Source of the DNA: Bifidobacterium breve
GTDB taxonomy: Bacteria; Actinomycetota; Actinomycetes; Nanopelagicales; Nanopelagicaceae
NCBI GenBank assembly: GCA_945885625.1
Contig: CAMCYS010000005.1
Location: 3,410-67,409, forward strand
Reading direction: 5' to 3'
DNA length: 64,000 bases
A program made the position numbers and the translations under genes. A model generated the notes under the pieces. It was not told the origin of the DNA. It saw nothing but the letters and a program-made list of their open reading frames with translations, and did no database searches. Below, piece by piece: positions 57,341-64,000 of the stretch. Position 1 is the stretch's first letter, and every line of letters starts with the position of its first letter.

Positions 57341-59185
57341 TTAAAGTCCCATCAATTTAGCTTGACGATCAAAATCAGGAACCGCATTACGAACTTCTTC
57401 AAAGGTGCCTCGAGCAACGATCTCGCCTTTGTCCATGTAAAGAACCAAATCAGCATCACGTACAGTTGATAGACGGTGTGCGATTAGAACTACGGTGGTT
57501 GAGCCCTTTAACTTCTGTATATCTGAAGAAATACTATCTTCAGTATCACCATCGAGCGCACTTGTCGCTTCATCTAAAACTAGAAGCTTAGGCTTAGTAA
57601 ATAGCGCCCGTGCAATCCCAATACGTTGACGCTGGCCGCCACTAATCTTTGCCCCACGTTCTCCTAGGTGTGTGTCTAGACCTTCGGGTAGAGATGAAAC
57701 AAATTCCGCAAGAGAAGCAATGCTGATTGCGTCACTAACTAACTCGTCCGTGGCAGCTTCTAATGGATAACCTAATGCTACGTTTTCGCGGATAGTTCCA
57801 TTGACAACTAAAACATCTTGAGGCACGTATGCAATTGCGCCTGGCCATCTTGAAATTGCTTCGAGTGGAGTAACGCCCGATATTTGGACTGAGCCAATAT
57901 CAGGCTCTAACACTCCAAGTAAGACGTCTACAAGAGTTGTCTTTCCTGCCCCTGAAGGGCCAACAACCGCAATAACAGTTCCTGGCTGTGCCTTAATGGA
58001 AATGTTTGATAGTGCTTTATCGACCTTCTGCGGATAAGTTACTGAGACATTTATAATATCTAACGCAGGCTCGAATCCGTAATGTTCGGTTTTAACTTGA
58101 TCATCAAGATTAACTTTGATCGGTGCATGCCCAAGAAATGCAACTAGATCTAAAGTTGGCTTGGCAACACCTAAGCCACTTTTAATCATCACCGTGCCTT
58201 GCTGTATTCGCAAAACTGCAGGTGCAATACGTGTGCCGGCAGCTACAAAAATCGCCAAAGTTGCAACCGCATGAGAGGCATCTTTCATCACAAATTGAAC
58301 AGCGCCGATTATAACAGCGCCGACGATGACAGTGGTTTCAATTACATACTTACTAATGTAAGGCATGAAACTCATCTCAGCACTTAAGTCTGAGAATTCA
58401 TACCTGGTCTTCGCAATTTCTCGAGCGTAATAATCTCGTCGATTTCGCACGACAGATTCTCGATAGGAAGAAAATACCTCGATAATTTTCTCGTTTCCTT
58501 TAATTGCAAGTTGCGCATTTTGCATACCTATGCGGCCAGCTCGCTCATGCATTAATTTATAAAGTATCAGTGCGATTGCACCAAATATCAGGACAGTGCC
58601 TATTGAAGTAACTGGATCCACAATGAACAAGCCAATCACTAATATAATTAGTAGGGAAACATCGGCGATCATAACTACAGACAATGCCAAAATTTGAAGT
58701 GCGATAACCTCAACACCACGAGTAACCGCATATAAGGCCTCTTGGGATGACCATCTTTGTATAACAAGAAATGGTTGAGCCAAGAACCTTGAAATCAAGT
58801 TTGCTGAAATTGATGCACCGCGGCGACTCATAAAGTAAAGAATTCGCCTTGTAAATATTATTGAGAAAATCGTGCGGCCAACTAGCAGCAGTAATGCTGC
58901 CCCACCTATTGCAGTAGCCTGAGCTTGAAATGTAGAATTTCCTAGGCCTAGGAACGAAAGAACGGCATTTACTCGATTACCAGGTTCTCTGGATTGAATT
59001 CCTGTTATTGATAAGGTGCCAAGCAGACCAATTGCAAGCACCCCAAATAAATCAAGAATCCCAAGAAATACTTGAATTACTGTAACAATTCCTAATTTAC
59101 GTCTGTCGCTTTTGGAGAGTATTCCGATTGCTTGCCGAAAGGTAGCATTTGAAGATTCAGATTTAGAACTGTTTAGTAGTTTCAC
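57341..59185 (-). CDS. ABC transporter, fused permease/ATPase (glycan-export-associated, MsbA-like)
   Basis: N-terminal TM domain; GPSGAGKTT, ISGGQRQRIGIARA, LDEATSALD, IAHRLST. Confidence 0.88.
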   Translation of the reverse strand: MKLLNSSKSESSNATFRQAIGILSKSDRRKLGIVTVIQVFLGILDLFGVLAIGLLGTLSITGIQSREPGNRVNAVLSFLGLGNSTFQAQATAIGGAALLLLVGRTIFSIIFTRRILYFMSRRGASISANLISRFLAQPFLVIQRWSSQEALYAVTRGVEVIALQILALSVVMIADVSLLIILVIGLFIVDPVTSIGTVLIFGAIALILYKLMHERAGRIGMQNAQLAIKGNEKIIEVFSSYRESVVRNRRDYYAREIAKTRYEFSDLSAEMSFMPYISKYVIETTVIVGAVIIGAVQFVMKDASHAVATLAIFVAAGTRIAPAVLRIQQGTVMIKSGLGVAKPTLDLVAFLGHAPIKVNLDDQVKTEHYGFEPALDIINVSVTYPQKVDKALSNISIKAQPGTVIAVVGPSGAGKTTLVDVLLGVLEPDIGSVQISGVTPLEAISRWPGAIAYVPQDVLVVNGTIRENVALGYPLEAATDELVSDAISIASLAEFVSSLPEGLDTHLGERGAKISGGQRQRIGIARALFTKPKLLVLDEATSALDGDTEDSISSDIQKLKGSTTVVLIAHRLSTVRDADLVLYMDKGEIVARGTFEEVRNAVPDFDRQAKLMGL

Positions 59186-59739
59186 AAATCTTGACCTTTG
59201 TTAATTCGGATGAAGTTGGCAGATGCGCGATCTTTTTCTGAGATGTGAAAATCCAAAATGGGCCACTTAATGCTCAAATTTGGATCAACAGGATTTATAC
59301 TAAATTCGTTTTCTGGTGAATATTCTTTATCTAGAAGATAAGTAACAACCGAGTCCTCTTCTAGAGCTTGGAATCCGTGCCCCAGCCCACTAGATATATA
59401 AACGCACTTACCAACGCTTTCAGATAGTTCTACTTCTGCATGATCGCCATAAGTGTTAGAATCTGGGCGCAAGTCGAAAATTACATCCAAAACTGAACCT
59501 GATGTGCAAGTAACTAATTTGCTTTGCCCATTTATCTCTGGACTGTAGTGAATCCCCCTAATAACGCCTTTTTTGGAAATTGAAGTATTTGCTTGTCTTA
59601 CTTCAAATGCTGGAACTCCATTTTCTTTTAATACTTCTAACTTGAACCATTCACGAAATATGCCACGGTCATCTGGGAATACAGGTGACTCAATTATCCA
59701 GGCACCAGAAATTGCGAGAGGCATAACTTTCATGGTCAT
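59182..59739 (-). CDS. rmlC: dTDP-4-dehydrorhamnose 3,5-epimerase
   Basis: DDRG.FRE, RGIHY, KLV.C..G.V.DV..D.R, GHGFQAL. Confidence 0.93.
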   Translation of the reverse strand: MTMKVMPLAISGAWIIESPVFPDDRGIFREWFKLEVLKENGVPAFEVRQANTSISKKGVIRGIHYSPEINGQSKLVTCTSGSVLDVIFDLRPDSNTYGDHAEVELSESVGKCVYISSGLGHGFQALEEDSVVTYLLDKEYSPENEFSINPVDPNLSIKWPILDFHISEKDRASANFIRINKGQDL

Positions 59740-59742
59740 ATC

Positions 59743-60612
59743 CTACTTAGCCAAAGACAACATTATGTCAGGCAGCACTTTCTGAACTGAATCTTTCCAA
59801 GGGCCAAGAGGTAAAATGCCAATTTCTGACCATTTTTGATTATCCAATACAGAATATTTCGGCCTTTCTACCTTAGTTGTTAGTTCAGAAGATCGGACAG
59901 GGATAACTCTGGCTGCATCTTCGCCTGCTATTTCAAATATATATTTTGCAAATTCAAACCAACTGCAAGTTCCAGAATTTGTTCCGTGATAAATGCCTGG
60001 CAAAGCTTTCTTGGAAATGGCCCTCACTGTTAGCTCTGCTAAGTCATTAGCGTTTGTTGGTTGGCCAATCTGATCATTTACAACTCGCACTATTTCTTGA
60101 CTATTTACAGCTTTGGTTAACATGGTTTTATAAAAGTTTTTTCCAAATGGGCTATATAGCCAAGCGGTTCGAATAACAAGCGAATTACTTGGATAAATTC
60201 TTGCAACCTCTAACTCTCCAGCTAATTTACTCTCACCATATTTGGATACTGGATTTGTTGCATCGCTTACTTGCCAAGGCTTGGTACTTTCCCCAGAAAA
60301 GACATAGTCTGTTGAAAAATGTATAAATCTTGCATTTATGAGCTTACTCGCATTCGCAAGATTTGCTACTCCTGTATGATTAATTGCATTTGCTGCACTT
60401 TGATCGATCTCTGCTTGGTCAACATTTGTATAAGCTGCGGCATTTACTACGATGTCAGGTTTTACTCTATGTATAACATCGTTTACTCGAGAATAATCAG
60501 TGATATCAATTTCTTCTTTTGAGTACGCAGCGTACTCAATGGAGTTTGATTCTAAAGTCTGTTGCAAGCAGCGCCCAAGCTGACCATTTGCACCCGTGAT
60601 AAACCATTTCAT
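59743..60612 (-). CDS. rmlD: dTDP-4-dehydrorhamnose reductase
   Basis: TGANGQLG, NAAAYT.VD.AE, STDYVF.G, YGESKL.GE, VNDQ.GQPT. Confidence 0.93.
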   Translation of the reverse strand: MKWFITGANGQLGRCLQQTLESNSIEYAAYSKEEIDITDYSRVNDVIHRVKPDIVVNAAAYTNVDQAEIDQSAANAINHTGVANLANASKLINARFIHFSTDYVFSGESTKPWQVSDATNPVSKYGESKLAGELEVARIYPSNSLVIRTAWLYSPFGKNFYKTMLTKAVNSQEIVRVVNDQIGQPTNANDLAELTVRAISKKALPGIYHGTNSGTCSWFEFAKYIFEIAGEDAARVIPVRSSELTTKVERPKYSVLDNQKWSEIGILPLGPWKDSVQKVLPDIMLSLAK

Positions 60613-61574
60613 TTGCTTAGAAGCGGCCGCCACCAGGCCTCATTCTCGCGATACCACTCAACTGTTTCTTCTAAGCCTGTCTCCCAATTAACCATTGGTT
60701 TATAGCCAAGCTGATTTGAAATCTTTGAGATATCGACAGAGTACCTACGGTCGTGTCCTTTTCGGTCCTCAACAAACTCGATCGAATCTTCATTTTTACC
60801 CATTTTTTGAAGAATCTGATTCGTGAGTTCCAAATTACTTAACTCGGTTCCGCCGCCAATATTGTAAATTTCGCCAGCCACTCCTTTAGTAAGGGCTAAA
60901 TGAATTCCTCGACAATGATCGTCAACATGAAGCCAGTCGCGAACATTCATTCCGGTTCCGTAAACTGGAACTTTTTTTCCTTCAATTAAATTTGTGATGA
61001 ACAAGGGAATGACCTTTTCAGGGTATTGATTACGGCCGTAATTATTACTGCACCTGGTAATTCGTATATCCAATTCATGAGTCTTGAAGTAGGCTCTACA
61101 AATCAAATCTGCCGAAGCTTTTGATGCCGCATAAGGAGAGTTCGGAAGAAGTGGGTCGGTTTCTGGCCAAGATCCAGTTTCAATTGACCCGTAAACCTCA
61201 TCGGTTGACACCTGTAGATAAGTCTCAACTTGACTATTTCTTACAGCATCAAGAAGTGTCTGAGTGCCTAATACATTGGTAACTACAAAATCTTTAGCGC
61301 CGTTAATGGATCTATCTACATGTGATTCCGCCGCAAAATTCACAACAATGTCATGCTCTTGAACGAGTCTCCCGACTAGTTCAGCATCGCAAATGTCACC
61401 TTTTATAAATTTAAAACTATCCGCAGGCAACTCCATTAGGTTTGTTAGAGTGCCTGCATAAGTAAGTTTGTCTAGAACTGTGACTGCGCTAAATCCACTG
61501 AAAGTACCGTCGATTATTCGGCGAACAAAGTTTGAGCCTATGAACCCAGCCCCGCCTGTTACAAGTATCCGCAC
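60609..61574 (-). CDS. rmlB: dTDP-glucose 4,6-dehydratase
   Basis: TGGAGFIGS, DKLTYAG, AAESHVDRS, STDEVYG, YAASKA, RCSNNYG. Confidence 0.95.
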   Translation of the reverse strand: MRILVTGGAGFIGSNFVRRIIDGTFSGFSAVTVLDKLTYAGTLTNLMELPADSFKFIKGDICDAELVGRLVQEHDIVVNFAAESHVDRSINGAKDFVVTNVLGTQTLLDAVRNSQVETYLQVSTDEVYGSIETGSWPETDPLLPNSPYAASKASADLICRAYFKTHELDIRITRCSNNYGRNQYPEKVIPLFITNLIEGKKVPVYGTGMNVRDWLHVDDHCRGIHLALTKGVAGEIYNIGGGTELSNLELTNQILQKMGKNEDSIEFVEDRKGHDRRYSVDISKISNQLGYKPMVNWETGLEETVEWYRENEAWWRPLLSK

Positions 61575-61633
61575 TTAACTTGCCCCTTATCAATGTGATT
61601 GACCAAACCTACAGGTCAAGTACGCTTAATCAA

Positions 61634-62515
61634 GTGAAAGGCATAATTCTGGCAGGCGGTACGGGCTCGCGTCTTTGGCCTCTGACTAAGCGGACCAGCA
61701 AGCAGCTTTTACCTGTCTATGACAAACCACTAATTTACTACCCGCTATCTACTTTAATGCTTGCTGGAATTCGGGAGATACTGATAATTACAACCCCTCA
61801 GGATTCTGATGACTTTAAGAGCCTGCTAGGTGACGGCAAATCTTTAGGAATCTCCATCAAATACGCTGTACAGCCAAAACCCGAGGGTTTGGCTCAAGCT
61901 TTTATAATTGGGGAAGATTTTATTGGAAACAATCCTGTAGCACTAATTCTTGGCGATAATATTTTTTATGGATCCGGTCTAGGAAGACGACTTTCAGAAG
62001 TCATAAATCTTGACGGTGCCACAATATTCGGAGTTAAAGTCGAAGATCCCAATCGCTACGGTGTCGTAGAAACATCTGAATCCGGGAAAGTCATTTCAAT
62101 TGAAGAAAAACCATCTAATCCAAAATCGAATAAAGCAGTTCCCGGACTTTACTTTTTCGATGAAACGGTTTCTTCTCGCGCAAAGTTAGTAAAAAAGAGC
62201 TCGAGAGGCGAATTAGAGATAACTTCAGTCATTGAAACTTACTTGATTGATGACAAATTGAAATGTCTTAATCTTGAAGTCAATACAGTTTGGATGGATT
62301 GCGGGACTGTTGACAGTTTAATCGATGCTGCAAATTTTATTAAATCTGTAGAACATAAAATTCATTTTAAGATTGGCTGTATTGAAGAAGTGGCATTCCG
62401 CCAGGGCTGGATTGACCGAATTCAATTAAAAAACTTGGCAGATTCACTTGGGAACAATGAGTATGCAATTTACTTGATTAGTCTCCTGGAAAATAACTCA
62501 ACACATGTTCGATGA
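61634..62515 (+). CDS. rmlA: Glucose-1-phosphate thymidylyltransferase
   Basis: KGIILAGG.GSRL.P.T...SKQLLPVYDKP, P.GLAQAF, EEKP, RGELEIT; GTG start at 61634. Confidence 0.95.
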   Translation: MKGIILAGGTGSRLWPLTKRTSKQLLPVYDKPLIYYPLSTLMLAGIREILIITTPQDSDDFKSLLGDGKSLGISIKYAVQPKPEGLAQAFIIGEDFIGNNPVALILGDNIFYGSGLGRRLSEVINLDGATIFGVKVEDPNRYGVVETSESGKVISIEEKPSNPKSNKAVPGLYFFDETVSSRAKLVKKSSRGELEITSVIETYLIDDKLKCLNLEVNTVWMDCGTVDSLIDAANFIKSVEHKIHFKIGCIEEVAFRQGWIDRIQLKNLADSLGNNEYAIYLISLLENNSTHVR

Positions 62516-63572
62516 TTTTAAGGTCGGATATGTACCTTACTCGCCTGACTTAAGTCACCCAGGTGACAGGCGACGAATTGGAACATGGTCGAAATCAAAA
62601 GGATTTAAACTAGAGTTGGATTCACCTACAGATTCTGATCTGTTAGTCCTTTCAGCCTCTGCAAATTTGAATTACTGGATAAGACGGTCAAAACAGCCTG
62701 TTATTCTTGACTTAGTTGATGGCTATTTAGGCGAACATCCTGGTCTCTTCAAAAATTTTGGAAGAAATATGATCAGATCTTTCAATGGGCAAAGTAATTA
62801 CTCATCAATAACTTTCACTAGAGCCCTCAAAAAAGCCTGTGCCGATGCGGATGCCGTAATCGTTGCAAGTCCTGAACAAGCCGAGCAAGTACATCCATTT
62901 AATTCTAAAGTCTACATAATTTTAGACGATCATTCAGAACTTGATAGCGCTCGCTATATCAGAAAAAGCAATTTAAATTCGGAAGATGTAAAGAGATACA
63001 TTTTTTGGGAAGGTTTCGGATACACAATAAAACATTTTAAATTTGTGGCTCCTTATCTCGATAAATTTATGGCTGAAAGCGGATACAAGCTTTTGATTCT
63101 AACTAATCCGATTTTCGCTCGGTGGGGTGGCTACCTTGGGCGCGTAAATGCTGAAAAACTCATCAAGAAATGGTTCCCGTTGTCTTCTGACCAAATCGAA
63201 ATTATTCCCTGGTCCGTTGATGAAGTTATTCGTCGTGCCTCTATAAGTGATTTTGCGATAATACCAGTCGAAACAAAAGATAAATTTGCCAATTTGAAAC
63301 CTGAAAATAAGCTAATATCTATGTGGCATCTAGGATTGCCAACTATTTTTTCGAACACTCAAGCGTACAAGCGAGTTTCTGCCGAAATAGGATTGTCAGA
63401 ACTTTGCCTAGATCAAAATGAATGGGGCGAATTTCTCTCAGATTTAGACGTAGACTTATTAACTAAGACTTTAATAGTAACTCAGAAATACATAGAGAAG
63501 ACCCACACAAGAGAAATGCTTGTCAAAAAGTGGCAATTAGTATTTGAATCAGTACTGGCTAATCATGACTAA
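62505..63572 (+). CDS. Hypothetical protein, probable glycosyltransferase-like
   Basis: In the rml cluster; C-terminal K..NKLI..W.LGLP.I.S segment resembles GT-B donor-binding regions. Confidence 0.5.
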   Translation: MFDDFKVGYVPYSPDLSHPGDRRRIGTWSKSKGFKLELDSPTDSDLLVLSASANLNYWIRRSKQPVILDLVDGYLGEHPGLFKNFGRNMIRSFNGQSNYSSITFTRALKKACADADAVIVASPEQAEQVHPFNSKVYIILDDHSELDSARYIRKSNLNSEDVKRYIFWEGFGYTIKHFKFVAPYLDKFMAESGYKLLILTNPIFARWGGYLGRVNAEKLIKKWFPLSSDQIEIIPWSVDEVIRRASISDFAIIPVETKDKFANLKPENKLISMWHLGLPTIFSNTQAYKRVSAEIGLSELCLDQNEWGEFLSDLDVDLLTKTLIVTQKYIEKTHTREMLVKKWQLVFESVLANHD

Positions 63573-64000
63573 ATTCGACTTAACTTATGCAACAGTTGAT
63601 TCTCTTTCTGAAGGAGTTGGCTCGAGTCAAATAGCACCTTTAATGGAGAGGCTGGCAGGTCATGGTATGAAAATCAATTTGATGACTTTTGAAAAAGAAG
63701 CCCCTTCAATTGCCCTAAGGGATCGAATGGCAAATTCGGGAATAGCATGGACTCAAATTCCATTCGGAAATCCAGGTCTTTTAGGAGGCATGGCAAGAAC
63801 AATTCAACTCGCAAGACTTATGCCAGATTCTGAGATTACACATGCGAGAAGTGACTTTCCATCTGTTGCAGCCCGATTTAGCGGACAGAAACGCGTTCTC
63901 TGGGATGTTCGAAGTCTTTGGGCTGATCAAAGAAAGTTCATTGAAGAGAGCCCGATTAAACGTGGCGTTTTGTCGCTCTATGCGCCATTCGAAAAAATGG
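63565..64000 (+). CDS. Glycosyltransferase (probably GT4), N-terminal part
   Basis: Hand translation from ATG 63565: MTKFDLTYATVDSLSEGVGSSQIAPLMERLAGHGMKINLMTFEK...HARSDFP...WDVRSLWAD; open to the window end. Confidence 0.65.
   Translation, partial: MTKFDLTYATVDSLSEGVGSSQIAPLMERLAGHGMKINLMTFEKEAPSIALRDRMANSGIAWTQIPFGNPGLLGGMARTIQLARLMPDSEITHARSDFPSVAARFSGQKRVLWDVRSLWADQRKFIEESPIKRGVLSLYAPFEKM

Overview
A gene-dense, mostly minus-strand chromosomal window. Gene content, moderate GC and short intergenic spacers suggest a streamlined freshwater actinobacterium (acI/Nanopelagicales-like); this assignment is inference. The window has six parts. (1) Core string argS-lysA-hom-thrC-thrB-rho-rpmE-prfA-prmC-tsaC-like, plus xylA and tRNA-Leu(UAG). 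(2) The Mycobacterium-like clpS-DUF2017-mec-cysO-cysM-murI-rph-rdgB string, interrupted by a phototrophy cassette (actinorhodopsin, small membrane protein, crtYc/Yd, blh). (3) GH18, aquaporin, argF, pntAAB and a repeat-rich variable region (AhpD-like, pirin, DUF222-HNH, secreted repeat protein, GNAT). (4) ssrA-smpB-ftsX-ftsE-prfB with a Tad/Flp pilus cluster. (5) Surface and secreted proteins (LppM-like, trypsin-like pseudoprotease, O-antigen-ligase-like, FN3 protein, pullulanase). (6) The start of a low-GC rml/ABC/glycosyltransferase island. The most notable unannotated observation is a 36-aa ORF (56442-56552, minus strand) with a strong SD, a 5' hairpin and a convergent terminator-bounded antisense segment. 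This is a type I toxin-antitoxin-like architecture. A second, inverted, 5'-truncated copy lies at 51727-51915, so the two copies bracket the FN3-pullulanase pair. No CRISPR array, integrase or transposase was found.
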